The position numbers and the translations under genes are program-made. A DNA stretch of 27,590 nt from Elusimicrobia bacterium RIFCSPLOWO2_01_FULL_64_13 (GTDB lineage: Bacteria > Elusimicrobiota > Elusimicrobia > 2-02-FULL-39-32), in assembly GCA_001800095.1 (NCBI GenBank), contig MGUT01000037.1:1019-28608 (forward strand), in the 5' to 3' direction. The notes beneath the pieces were generated by a model, which saw only the letters and a list, made by a program, of their open reading frames with translations, searched no databases and was not told the DNA's origin. Below, piece after piece: positions 15,532 through 24,498 of this stretch; position 1 is the first letter of the stretch; each line of letters opens with the position of its first letter.

Positions 15532-16239
15532 ATGGCCGACAAGCCGACCGTCCTGATCATCGAGGATGAGCCCAACATCAGGAGCCTCATCGAGACCGTC
15601 CTGTCGAAGAACGGCTACGTCACCGTCGGCGCCGATTCCGCCGAGTCCGGGCTGAAGAAGATCCCGAACCTCAAACCCGCGCTCATCCTCCTGGACATCC
15701 AATTGCCCAACATGGACGGCCTGGAATGCTGCCGGAAGATCCGCGAGGACCCCCGCTCCAAGGATATCCCCCTCATCCTGGTGAGCGTGCAGTCCTCCGA
15801 CATCCATAAGATCATCGGCCTGGAATCGGGCGCGGACGACTTCATCACCAAACCGTTCAATCCCGGCGAACTGCTCGCCCGGGTGAACGCGGTCCTGCGC
15901 CGGTCCCGTCAGGCGGAATCAGCCCCCGTTCCCCCCCAGCTCAGCGACGGATTCTTCGTCCTGGACCTGGACAACCATGAAGCCGCTCTCAAAGGCCGCA
16001 AGCTGAAACTGACCCCCAAGGAATTCACTCTCCTGGTCTTCTTCCTGAAATCGCGGGAAAAAGTGATCAGCCGGGACGTGATGTCCACCCACATCTGGGA
16101 GCGGGAGAACCTGGACACGTCCCGCACCATCGACGTGCATATCGGCAGGTTAAGGAAGAAACTGGGGAAGTATCACTGGGTGATCCAGACGGTGGGGAAG
16201 GTGGGCTACCGCTACAGTCCCGAGGGGGAGAAATCCTGA
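15532..16239 (+). CDS. OmpR/PhoB-family response regulator
   Basis: VLIIEDE, LLDIQLP, DDFITKPF; LTPKEFTLL; SRTIDVHIGRLRKKL; TVGKVGYRY. Confidence 0.93.
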   Translation: MADKPTVLIIEDEPNIRSLIETVLSKNGYVTVGADSAESGLKKIPNLKPALILLDIQLPNMDGLECCRKIREDPRSKDIPLILVSVQSSDIHKIIGLESGADDFITKPFNPGELLARVNAVLRRSRQAESAPVPPQLSDGFFVLDLDNHEAALKGRKLKLTPKEFTLLVFFLKSREKVISRDVMSTHIWERENLDTSRTIDVHIGRLRKKLGKYHWVIQTVGKVGYRYSPEGEKS

Positions 16240-16243
16240 CGGG

Positions 16244-16654
16244 TCAGGGTTTCTCCTGTTTTTGCAAATAAAGCGCGAGGATGGTCTCCACCAATTCCTG
16301 CATCTTGAAAGGTTTGGTCATGTATTTTTTGGCCCCTAGGCCCAGGCCTTTCTTGATGTCTTCCGGCTGGGCGTAGGCCGACAGCATCAATATCACGGGC
16401 ATCCTGCTCGTGTCCGTGTTCCGCCGGATCTCCTGACAGACCCTCCACCCGTTCAGTTTGGGCATTTCCACGTCCAGGACCACCACGTCCGGTTTTTCCT
16501 TCATGCACTTCTCCAGGGCGTCCTCCCCGTCCACGGCGGCGCTCACGCGGAACCCCTGCTCCTCCAGATTGTCCTTGAGGAGGGTCAGGAGATTGACCTC
16601 ATCGTCGGCGATGAGGACGAGGATCTTTTTCCTGTCAATGGCGCCGGTTTCCAA
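16244..16654 (-). CDS. Single-domain response regulator (CheY-like)
   Basis: VLIADDE, VLDVEMP, YMTKPF; TTG start preceded by GGAG. Confidence 0.88.
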   Translation of the reverse strand: METGAIDRKKILVLIADDEVNLLTLLKDNLEEQGFRVSAAVDGEDALEKCMKEKPDVVVLDVEMPKLNGWRVCQEIRRNTDTSRMPVILMLSAYAQPEDIKKGLGLGAKKYMTKPFKMQELVETILALYLQKQEKP

Positions 16655-16657
16655 TCG

Positions 16658-17866
16658 TCACTCCTTTGCCGGGGTCTGGAAGGGCACGGTGACCACCACC
16701 GCGCAGCCGGACCGTCCGGTGATCTTCTGGGCCAGCTGGATGTCGCCGCCCATGTTATTGACGATGCCGCGGGAGATGGTGAGCCCCAGCCCCGCGCCGG
16801 GGTTCTTCCGGTTGACGTTGTCCATGGACCTGAAGAACGGCTCGAAGACCTTCTCCTGGAGTTCCCTGGGGATGCCCGGACCGTCATCCTCGACGCGTAT
16901 GGCGCATCGGTCTCCCGTCCGCTCCGCGAATATGAGGATATGGCCTTCGGGCGGAGTGTACTTGACGGCGTTGGAAAGGATATGGTCGAGCATCGTCTTG
17001 AAGTAGCCGGGATCCACCCGGGCGGCCATGGAGTCGGAACGGAGGTGGAATCCGAATGATATCTTGGGATGCCGTCCGCGAAAATCGTCCACCACCTCCT
17101 TCACCAGTCCGCCCAGGTCCGCGCTCTCCGGGTGCAGCTCCAGCTTCCCTTCGTGGATCCTGGAGATCTCGAAGATCTCCGACATGAGCGTGACCATGCG
17201 GCTGGACTCGACGCTGATGATGTTGAGGTAATCCTGGATCTTCTCCTTGGAGAGGTGGTCCCAGCCGGTGCGGAGCGTCTCCGCGAAACCGACGAGGGCC
17301 GTGGTCGGGGTGCGGAGCTCATGGGACATGATGGACACGAACTGGGAACGCATCTGGTAGAGCGTCTCGAGCTTCCGGTAGGAATCCCGCAGGGCCACCG
17401 TGCGGCGGAAGACCTCGTCCTCCAGCTTCTCGTTCCATTTTTTGAGCTTCTCGGTCAGCTCCCGGTTCTCCTCGATCAGCTTCTGCTTTTCGGTCAGGCG
17501 GCGGATGGTGCGCTTGATGTCGTCGAACTGGTAGGGCTTGAGGAGATAGGCGTAGGCGCCGGCGTTCACGGATTCGATGGCGCTGGTCATGTCCGGGTTG
17601 CCGGTCAGCATGAGGATCTCGGTCTCGGGAGAGACCGCCTTGATCTTGTGCATGACTTCCACCCCGTCGATGTCCGGGAGGCGCAGGTCCACGAGGGCCA
17701 GGATGGGGCGGGATCGCGGCGCCTCTTTCTCGGTAAAGGCGACTATTTCCCTGCCGTTGGGGAATCCATGGACGGTGTAACCCTCGTCGCGGAGGATGGT
17801 CTCGAGGGATCTCCGCACGCCCTCCTCGTCGTCCACCAGATAGATCAGCTTCTGGTCCAGATTCAT
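16658..17866 (-). CDS. Hybrid REC-coiled coil-HisKA-HATPase histidine kinase
   Basis: IYLVDDE, LVDLRLP, YLLKP; H-box SHELRTP; ILSNAVKY; DDGPGI; GAGLGL. ATGA overlap with the upstream kinase. Confidence 0.9.
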   Translation of the reverse strand: MNLDQKLIYLVDDEEGVRRSLETILRDEGYTVHGFPNGREIVAFTEKEAPRSRPILALVDLRLPDIDGVEVMHKIKAVSPETEILMLTGNPDMTSAIESVNAGAYAYLLKPYQFDDIKRTIRRLTEKQKLIEENRELTEKLKKWNEKLEDEVFRRTVALRDSYRKLETLYQMRSQFVSIMSHELRTPTTALVGFAETLRTGWDHLSKEKIQDYLNIISVESSRMVTLMSEIFEISRIHEGKLELHPESADLGGLVKEVVDDFRGRHPKISFGFHLRSDSMAARVDPGYFKTMLDHILSNAVKYTPPEGHILIFAERTGDRCAIRVEDDGPGIPRELQEKVFEPFFRSMDNVNRKNPGAGLGLTISRGIVNNMGGDIQLAQKITGRSGCAVVVTVPFQTPAKE

Positions 17867-19605
17867 TCAACGCCCGCCTTTGCCGCGACCGGCAGGGAGA
17901 CCGTGAATTCCGCGCCCCGGCCCAGTTCGGTCCGGAGCGTGATGGTCCCAAGATGGGTCTCCACGATGGTGCGCACGATGCTCAATCCCAGGCCGGTCCC
18001 CTTGGCCTTGGTGCTGTAGAGCGGTTCGAATATCCGCTCGCGGTCTTTTTCCGGGATCCCGGGCCCGTTGTCCTTCACCCGGACCGTGACGCGGCTGGTC
18101 TCATTATAACATGATTCCACCAGAACTTCTCCCCCAGCCGTCATGGCCTCGAAAGCGTTGTTCAGGAGGTTCATGAAGACCTGGCGCATGCGCTCCGGGT
18201 CGATATTGACGGGAGGGAGGCCCTCGCCCAGGCGCTTGACGAGATGGACGTTCTGCGGAGTGGACACGGTGTTGAAGACGTACGTCAGAATGGAATTGAC
18301 GTCCTGCACGCTGGGATTGATGCGGACGGCGCGGGAGAACTCGAGCAGGTCGTTCGAGATCTTCACGGTCGAGCCGATCTCTTTTTCGGCGATGTCCAGC
18401 ATTTCCCTCACGGCGGGGTCCCGGGCGGGGTCTTTCATGAGCTTGCCTTTCACGAAATAGATGGCGTTCCGGATCGCGGCCAGGGGGTTGCGGAGCTCAT
18501 GGCCCACTCCCGAAGCCATCTGCCCGATGGCGGCCAGCCGCTCCGAGCGGACGAGGCGTTCCTGGTCCTCCTTGAGCCGGACCGCCATGGCGTTGAAGGC
18601 GTGCGAGAGGAAGCCGATCTCGTCGCGGGAAGCGACCGGGACGCGGGTCTCGAGATTCCCATTGCCGACCTCTTCGGCGGCCCGCGTGAGCGTCCGGACC
18701 GGCGCCATGAGGCGGCTGGAGAGGAGAAGAGCGAGGAGCGCCGCGATCCCGAAACCGGCGAGTCCCGCCAGGGCGATCGAGACCGTGGCCTTCCTTTTCG
18801 CCGCCGCCGCGTTCCGGGACGACAGCAAAGCGGCGAGCTTGAGGTCCGCGCCGGCGATCCCCATGTCCTTAAGAGCCAGGACGTAGGGCTCCCCGCCGAT
18901 ACGGGTCCTCTCCGCGAGGGGACGGCCGGAGGCGTTCTCCAGCCGCACCAGGGGATTGGAGAGCGCGCGGGCGACTTCTTCCCGGTCCGCCTCCAGGGTC
19001 TGCGCGACGATCAGGCCTTTGGAGAAAAGACAGAAGTCCGACCGCATGACTTCCTTAATATCGCCGAAAAATTTGTCGTCCAGGTAGAATCCCATGACCA
19101 CGACGCCGGAAAAGGGGCCGCGGAGGCTGGGCAGGAGCGTGGCAACTTCAACGGCCACCTTCCCTTCCATGATCTCCAGGCCGAGGAGCGACCGCCGTCC
19201 GCTGGCCGCGGCCTGGCCGAACGCCTTCCCGACGATCGGCGAAGGGATCCCCCGGCGCCCTTCCGCGCTGTAAAGAAGCCCTCCCCTGGAATCCGCGATC
19301 TCGAGGAGGTCCAGATTCAGGCCCTTTTCAATGGAGCCGGCGACGGAGGCGATGAGCTCCGGGCTCTTCTTTTCTATGGCGAGAGGCAGGGCCGGGTTCC
19401 CCATCACGAGGAAAGAGTAGGAGAAGATGGATTCGATGCGTTCCTCGGTCAGCTTGCCGACCTGGTCGAGGATGCCCAACCCCTTCCCGCTCAATTCCGT
19501 TTCGATGGATTCGGAGATGGTCCTGGCGGACCAGTAGGTGGATAACATCGTGGGCAGGAAAGCGCAAAGGGCGGCGAAAAGGATCAGTTTGGTCCGGAGG
19601 AGCAT
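17863..19605 (-). CDS. Membrane sensor histidine kinase (Cache-like periplasmic domain, HAMP, HisKA, HATPase)
   Basis: Probable start MLLRTKLILF at 19605; two TM helices; HAMP motif PVRTL...SRDEIGFLSHAFNAM; H-box GHELRNP; QVFMNLLNNA; DNGPGI; GTGLGL. Confidence 0.9.
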   Translation of the reverse strand: MLLRTKLILFAALCAFLPTMLSTYWSARTISESIETELSGKGLGILDQVGKLTEERIESIFSYSFLVMGNPALPLAIEKKSPELIASVAGSIEKGLNLDLLEIADSRGGLLYSAEGRRGIPSPIVGKAFGQAAASGRRSLLGLEIMEGKVAVEVATLLPSLRGPFSGVVVMGFYLDDKFFGDIKEVMRSDFCLFSKGLIVAQTLEADREEVARALSNPLVRLENASGRPLAERTRIGGEPYVLALKDMGIAGADLKLAALLSSRNAAAAKRKATVSIALAGLAGFGIAALLALLLSSRLMAPVRTLTRAAEEVGNGNLETRVPVASRDEIGFLSHAFNAMAVRLKEDQERLVRSERLAAIGQMASGVGHELRNPLAAIRNAIYFVKGKLMKDPARDPAVREMLDIAEKEIGSTVKISNDLLEFSRAVRINPSVQDVNSILTYVFNTVSTPQNVHLVKRLGEGLPPVNIDPERMRQVFMNLLNNAFEAMTAGGEVLVESCYNETSRVTVRVKDNGPGIPEKDRERIFEPLYSTKAKGTGLGLSIVRTIVETHLGTITLRTELGRGAEFTVSLPVAAKAGVE

Positions 19606-19678
19606 ACCAGTGAAAATATAGCTGATAAATGGCGTTTTTACCAGTGCGGAGCTCCAAAGTTCGCAAAAAATGGAAAGG

Positions 19679-19707
19679 TTGACAAATCTGCGGATTGGTG
19701 CTATACT
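19679..19707 (+). promoter_or_regulatory. Near-consensus sigma70 promoter with extended -10
   Basis: TTGACA-N17-TATACT with TG at the extended -10 position. Confidence 0.7.
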
Positions 19708-19778
19708 CACGAACCAAAGGCGATTGGCACGGATTTTGTAAGCGGTCAGCCAAAAATACAAAGGGAGGAACCTAGAGC

Positions 19779-20045
19779 ATGGAAGATACAGACAAAATAG
19801 GCGGCAAGCTGAAACTCGTCTTTCGGATATTCGCCTGGATCTCCGCGGGATTTGGGGTCGTCTTCTTCTTCATCATCCTGATCGGCGGCGGAACCCCGGA
19901 AGCCCCGAGATTGACCTCCCTGCTGGCCTTGGCGCTGGGCTTGTTCTACTTCGTGTTCTTCTACTTCATCGCGGAGATCCTGCGGCTCCTGACCAACATC
20001 GACCTGAACACGAGAAAGAAGGGCCTGGGCTCGATGCCGGACTGA
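19779..20045 (+). CDS. Small hypothetical membrane protein (2 TM)
   Basis: 88 aa; GGGAGGA Shine-Dalgarno; two hydrophobic helices; host-like codon usage. Confidence 0.7.
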   Translation: MEDTDKIGGKLKLVFRIFAWISAGFGVVFFFIILIGGGTPEAPRLTSLLALALGLFYFVFFYFIAEILRLLTNIDLNTRKKGLGSMPD

Positions 20046-20095
20046 CCCCGCTCCATCCAACCCGCCGTCGGGGTCAGCGAAAGACAGGATGAACC

Positions 20096-20479
20096 TTGGC
20101 TAATAAAACAGTCCTGGCCATTGGCGGCATAGCCCTATGCGCGTTCCTGTCTTATATCGGCCTTCAGCATAAATCCGCGATCTTCTCCCTCTTTGGGAAG
20201 GTCCTGCCTTCCAAGGTCAAAATGATCCGTGGCATCGCAGGGAAATCTCAAAGCGGGGAGGGGAACGCGGAGTCCGGCCTCCGGATGGAAAAGCTCCAGG
20301 ACCAGCAGGAAAAGATAGCCAGGACCCTCGCCGAACAGCAGGCCATCGCCCAGCAGATCCAGCGCGCATCCATGCAGTCCGTGAACGACACGCAAAGGAC
20401 CCTGCGCGCCATCCAGGAGATCAACCGCATGAACCGCGCCAACCAGGAACTCCAGCGCCAGGTCGCCCCGCCCCGCTAG
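20096..20479 (+). CDS. Hypothetical membrane-anchored protein with a Gln-rich coiled coil
   Basis: 127 aa; AGGA before a TTG start; N-terminal hydrophobic helix; Q/E/R-rich heptad C-terminus. Confidence 0.6.
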   Translation: MANKTVLAIGGIALCAFLSYIGLQHKSAIFSLFGKVLPSKVKMIRGIAGKSQSGEGNAESGLRMEKLQDQQEKIARTLAEQQAIAQQIQRASMQSVNDTQRTLRAIQEINRMNRANQELQRQVAPPR

Positions 20480-20505
20480 ACCCGGACGGCTTGTCGCGGC
20501 GCGCC

Positions 20506-20536
20506 ACCCCCGGCTTCCAGAGGGGGTTTTTTATTT
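20506..20536 (+). terminator. Rho-independent terminator
   Basis: ACCCCC-N10-GGGGGT followed by TTTTTATTT, downstream of the 20479 stop. Confidence 0.6.
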
Positions 20537-20545
20537 ATGGATGGC

Positions 20546-22417
20546 TTATCGAACGAGGGAGAGGCCCACGGCTTTTTCAAGCGCGGCCAGGGAGATGAGA
20601 TAGAAAGCGGTGGCCTCTTTGACCCCTGTCCGGGCCTCGGTGAGGCCGGCGATGGTCTGGAGGTATTGCGGCGCCTCGACCTGGTGGAGACGGTCCTTGA
20701 CGGTGGCGATGGCGGCCTCCTTTTCCCGGTAAACGAGCTCTTTTTTTGCGGACTCGATCTGGACCTTGGCCTTCTCGTAGTTGAAGAAGGCCTTTTTCAG
20801 CTCCAACGCGACGTCCTTGACGGCCTTCCTTTCTTCCTCCCCCGCCTTGGCCTCATCGATCCTGGCCTGGTAGAAGGCGGAACGCGCCGCCAGGGAATCC
20901 AGGAACCCGGCGGTGATGGATTCCGCCCTGGTCTCGGTGCGGCTGGTGGAGCCGAGGTCCGGCGCGGTCTTTTCCTGGGACAGGGTGGGGCTGACGGAAC
21001 TGCCGCCGAAATACAGGACCCCCTTCACTCCCAGGGAATAGCTGTCCTTCATGGTCAGGGTCTCGTTCCTGAAGGCGGCGCCGGACTGGCCCAGGAACCC
21101 CGAAGCGTCCACTTTGAAAAGATATTCGGCCCGCGCCACCTTGCGGCCGTATTCCCGGAACTGGCTCGTGAGGCGGGCGATCTTGATCTCGGGCCGGTTG
21201 GCCAGGGCCGCGTTCAGGAGGTTGTCGAGGGAAAGCTTCTCGCGGGGCTGTCTGCGGGCGAGCTCCCGGGCCAGGTCGATATTGACCGTGCCGGGGATCG
21301 TCTCCACGTTCAGCTTCCCCATGAGGGACGTGCGCGCCAGTTCGAGGTCCTTCTCCTGGGAGAGGGTCTTGTAGGCGATCTGGTTCCCCCCTGACAGGAC
21401 CCCCAGGTATTCCGATTCGGACGCGACGCCGATCTCCTTTTTCCTCCGGGTCGTCTCCATGATCTTATCGCTTTCGGCGGACAGTTTCTTCCTCAATTCC
21501 AGCGATTCCCCGGCCTGGACGAGGTTATAGACGGCTTCGATGATGTCGAAGGTGGTCTCCTGCGTCAGGCGGGAGATCTGGAGCTCGGCGATGGATTTTT
21601 GGGCCTTGGCCTGCTTGTCCGCGTACAGGAGCCGCCCGCTTTGGAATATGGGTTGGCCGAGCTCGATGCCCAGCTCCTTCCTTTCGAAATCCGCGCGCGT
21701 GGAAGGGTCGTTCGGGTCGCTCAAGGTCGCTCCGCGGGAGCGGGTGACCCTTCCGGCGACGGCGGGAAAGAAGTTCCTCCGGGACTCGAAGAGCTTGTGT
21801 TCGGCCAGGTCCAGCTCCATCCGGGCGATCTCGAGCGGCTCGTGGTTGGACAATCCGACCTGGACGAACTCCTCCAAAACGGGATCGGCGGAAAGGCTCC
21901 GGCGGGCCGGCCCGCCCTGGGAGGAGACCGAGTAGGGAACGGCAAGCCCCGCGGAGGTTCCTCCGCCCGGTCTCGCGGCTCCGGCGGCATCGGCGGCGGC
22001 CTTGAGCTGGACGGATTTTTTCAGGTCGATGGATATGATCCAGTCGTTCTGGGACAGGTTGTAGGTGAACCCTTCGCCGAGGGCCAGAGAGATGGACCGC
22101 AGTTTCCGGTCCGGCTCCTGACCGCCGCAGTCATAGCTGATATTCCCCACCACGTTCCTGCCGGCCTTGGGAAGGGCCGCCCGGGGGCAGGCCACGTCCT
22201 CCTCCATGCGCAGGGTCAGGATCGAGGGATCGCCGGAGTCCGGGACGGAATGTTTGAGCTTCCGGGCCGCTTCGATCACGAGAACGGCGGAGTTCCCGGA
22301 GGCGTCTTCCGTAAGGGCGACGTTCTCTATCTGGTTGGGCGCGGCCAGAACGGAAGACGGAGAGAATTGGGACAGGGCGAGGGCGGCGGCCAGGACCGGC
22401 CAGGATCTATGGCGCAT
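20546..22417 (-). CDS. TolC-family outer-membrane protein with an extra N-terminal AMIN-like domain
   Basis: 623 aa; signal peptide; about 135-aa beta-rich domain (IENVALTE...AVLVIE...DPSILTLRM); Ala/Gly linker; two OEP-like repeats (GLSNHEPLEIARMEL...FFPAV; ALANRPEIKIAR; LAALEKAVG). Confidence 0.75.
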   Translation of the reverse strand: MRHRSWPVLAAALALSQFSPSSVLAAPNQIENVALTEDASGNSAVLVIEAARKLKHSVPDSGDPSILTLRMEEDVACPRAALPKAGRNVVGNISYDCGGQEPDRKLRSISLALGEGFTYNLSQNDWIISIDLKKSVQLKAAADAAGAARPGGGTSAGLAVPYSVSSQGGPARRSLSADPVLEEFVQVGLSNHEPLEIARMELDLAEHKLFESRRNFFPAVAGRVTRSRGATLSDPNDPSTRADFERKELGIELGQPIFQSGRLLYADKQAKAQKSIAELQISRLTQETTFDIIEAVYNLVQAGESLELRKKLSAESDKIMETTRRKKEIGVASESEYLGVLSGGNQIAYKTLSQEKDLELARTSLMGKLNVETIPGTVNIDLARELARRQPREKLSLDNLLNAALANRPEIKIARLTSQFREYGRKVARAEYLFKVDASGFLGQSGAAFRNETLTMKDSYSLGVKGVLYFGGSSVSPTLSQEKTAPDLGSTSRTETRAESITAGFLDSLAARSAFYQARIDEAKAGEEERKAVKDVALELKKAFFNYEKAKVQIESAKKELVYREKEAAIATVKDRLHQVEAPQYLQTIAGLTEARTGVKEATAFYLISLAALEKAVGLSLVR

Positions 22418-23810
22418 CGGATGCGGCTCCTTTTTTCTCCGCGACCTTGTTCAGGGCGCGCATCGCGGGCACATGGTTGGGATCGATCTCGAGGGCCTTC
22501 TGCCATTCCCGGATGGCTTCGACCATCTTCCCCTGGGAATAGGCCACGGTGCCGGACTGATAACGCTCCGAAGCCAGGCGCTTCTGTTCATCGCGGACCT
22601 TGGCCAGCCATTCCCCCGCGGCCGCGTCGCCGGGGGACCGCTCCGCCCGGTTGAGGAAGAATTCCACGGCGGACCGGATATCCCCCCGGTTGAAAGCCGC
22701 GATCCCTTCTTCGTTGGGATCGGACTCCGGCTCCGGGGCGGGAACGGGCGTTTCCTGACCGGCTCCGGGCAGGACCGCCGGCTCCGGTCCCTTGACCGCC
22801 TCCGGTCCCTCAACCACCGCCGGTTCCGGCGGCGCCGCTTGCTCCGGGGCCGGGGCGGCCCCGGGCGCGGGAGGGACGTTCACGCCCTTCTCCCGGATCT
22901 TTTCGACGTAGTCCAGGGCGACCTCGTTCTCGGGATCGATGGAGATGATGCTCTGCCACTCCGCCAGGGACTCCGCGAACCTGCCTTCATTGAAGAGCGA
23001 GAGCCCGCGGTCATAATGCTCGCCGATCCGGCTCTTCCGGTTCTGCCGCTCCAGCATCTCTTCGGCCCGGGTCAGCTCCCGGCGGGATTCCTCATCGGAC
23101 GGGTCGAAATCGAGGATGCTTTTCCAGAGCGAGACGGCCTCCTCATAATTGCCGGCCGCGCTGGCGGCGCGGGCCCGGGTGCGGCCCACGACGAGCACGT
23201 CGTAGCGGCGGCTCTCCCTGAAAAGCTGGTCGGCCCGCTCCGCGTAGATGGAAAGTTTGAAATCGTCCGGACGGAGGGTGAGGGATTCCTTCCATAGGTC
23301 GGCCGCTTCGTCGTAGCGCTTTTCCATGTACAGGAGGAGCCCCTGGTAGGCCTGGCGGGTGCCCGGCGGGGCGGGTGTGACGGACATTTTCCTGGTGAAG
23401 AGCTCGCGCAGTTCCTTTTGGATCTTCAGGGCCTCGAACTCGTTCGGGGCCCTGCCCAGGATCTCGTTCAAGACGTCCATGGCGTCCAGCCATTTTTCCC
23501 TGCGGACGAAGCCCTTGACCTTCTTGAGGTTCTTCTCTTCGCGCTCGGCCATGAGCTTCCTTTCATTTTCAACCTTTTTCTGCGCGTGCTTGAGGCCCTG
23601 CTGGGCGGTCTTGTCCTTCGGGTCGATCTGCAGGACTTTCTGGAAATTCTCGATGGCCCGGTCGAAGTTCTCATCGACGTAGGCCTCGAACGCCTTGTCC
23701 AGAAGCTCATTGACGATCTTCTTGTCCCCCTCGACGGCCCAAACCGGCGCGGGCCGGCACAACAGTCCGGCGCAGACCAGGTACGCCAGCCGGACCCTGG
23801 TCCGGGTCAA
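22407..23810 (-). CDS. Exported tetratricopeptide-repeat protein with a Pro/Ala/Glu linker
   Basis: Probable TTG start at 23810, overlapping the upstream TGA, with GGAG 10 nt upstream; signal peptide ...PVWA|; multiple TPRs (AIENFQKVLQIDP; AVSLWKSILDFDP; AIREWQKALEIDP). Confidence 0.8.
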   Translation of the reverse strand: MTRTRVRLAYLVCAGLLCRPAPVWAVEGDKKIVNELLDKAFEAYVDENFDRAIENFQKVLQIDPKDKTAQQGLKHAQKKVENERKLMAEREEKNLKKVKGFVRREKWLDAMDVLNEILGRAPNEFEALKIQKELRELFTRKMSVTPAPPGTRQAYQGLLLYMEKRYDEAADLWKESLTLRPDDFKLSIYAERADQLFRESRRYDVLVVGRTRARAASAAGNYEEAVSLWKSILDFDPSDEESRRELTRAEEMLERQNRKSRIGEHYDRGLSLFNEGRFAESLAEWQSIISIDPENEVALDYVEKIREKGVNVPPAPGAAPAPEQAAPPEPAVVEGPEAVKGPEPAVLPGAGQETPVPAPEPESDPNEEGIAAFNRGDIRSAVEFFLNRAERSPGDAAAGEWLAKVRDEQKRLASERYQSGTVAYSQGKMVEAIREWQKALEIDPNHVPAMRALNKVAEKKGAASDAP

Positions 23811-24424
23811 GGGCGCAGGCTCCCGAGGGCTTCCTTGACGGCTTTTCGGGGCAGGGCTCCCGCCTGGCCCCTGGCGATGGAGCGCACGAATTTTTCGGAC
23901 CACTCCATCGACGCGGAGCCGCGGATGGGGATCTTGACCTCGCCTTTCCCTTCCACCTCCACGGTCTCGCTCCAGAGGATCCGCCCGGTCTGCGTCAGGA
24001 TGAAAGTGAAATCGGCTTGCAGCGCCTTTCGGGATTCCCCGGGCTGCTGGGAGAATCTGCGCAAGGTGGACTGCACGACCCCGTCGGCCTCAAGGGTCTG
24101 GCCGGCGTACTGGATGTTGCCCTGGGAGAGCTGGGTGCCGTCCGTGATCCCGATCTGCCGGAGGCGGCGGTCGACGTCATTGGAATCGGCGGTGAGCACG
24201 AACCCTTTTCCCGCCAGCCCCCTTTCCAGGAAATAGCGGAGAATGACTCCGGCGCCCACGTCGTTGGTCAGGTTGGCCGTGGGCAGAACGGCGATCCTTC
24301 TGGGGAATCCCCGCTTGCTCTCCCCCTTCCTGCCGAACTTCAGGAGGGCGCAGGAATCCAGGGTCAGGACGCAGGCGGCCAGTCCCAGGTAAAGAACGGC
24401 TTTGGACGATCTATGACCGGACAA
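23807..24424 (-). CDS. Lipoprotein, GNA1162/DUF799-like (CsgG-like fold suspected)
   Basis: TTG start 8 nt after GGAGGAG; candidate lipobox Cys (LAAC or LDSC); RIAVLPTANLT...ADGVVQSTL...GRILWS pattern. Confidence 0.6.
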   Translation of the reverse strand: MSGHRSSKAVLYLGLAACVLTLDSCALLKFGRKGESKRGFPRRIAVLPTANLTNDVGAGVILRYFLERGLAGKGFVLTADSNDVDRRLRQIGITDGTQLSQGNIQYAGQTLEADGVVQSTLRRFSQQPGESRKALQADFTFILTQTGRILWSETVEVEGKGEVKIPIRGSASMEWSEKFVRSIARGQAGALPRKAVKEALGSLRP

Positions 24425-24465
24425 TGCTTCATCTCCTCCGCTCTTCCGATGGAATCAGATAAAAA

Positions 24466-24494
24466 ATTGTAGCAAGTTTGCGTGAAAGAAGCAA
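24466..24494 (-). promoter_or_regulatory. Putative sigma70 promoter of the lipoprotein-TPR-TolC operon
   Basis: Minus strand TTGCTT-N17-TACAAT with extended -10 TG. Confidence 0.6.
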
Positions 24495-24498
24495 AAGC

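Noticed and set aside
16234-16249. Short palindrome CCTGAC-GG-GTCAGG spanning two convergent stop codons
   Set aside because: A 2-nt loop and no U-tract; largely a by-product of TGA facing TCA.
19606-19761. 52-aa N-terminal extension of the sensor kinase ORF
   Set aside because: Overlaps the strong divergent promoter; the typical kinase start MLLRTKL is at 19605.
22770-22830. Imperfect 18-bp tandem repeat in the TPR gene
   Set aside because: Only two to three degenerate units encoding the Pro/Glu linker (VEGPE/VKGPE); not CRISPR-like or contingency-like.
23811-23903. 31-aa N-terminal extension of the TPR ORF
   Set aside because: Overlaps the upstream lipoprotein gene; TTG at 23810 has an SD and gives a normal signal peptide.
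24467-24483. TTGTAG-caagt-TTGCGT as a fourth 11-bp array
   Set aside because: The second unit is a poor match and the first is explained by the TACAAT -10 element on the minus strand.
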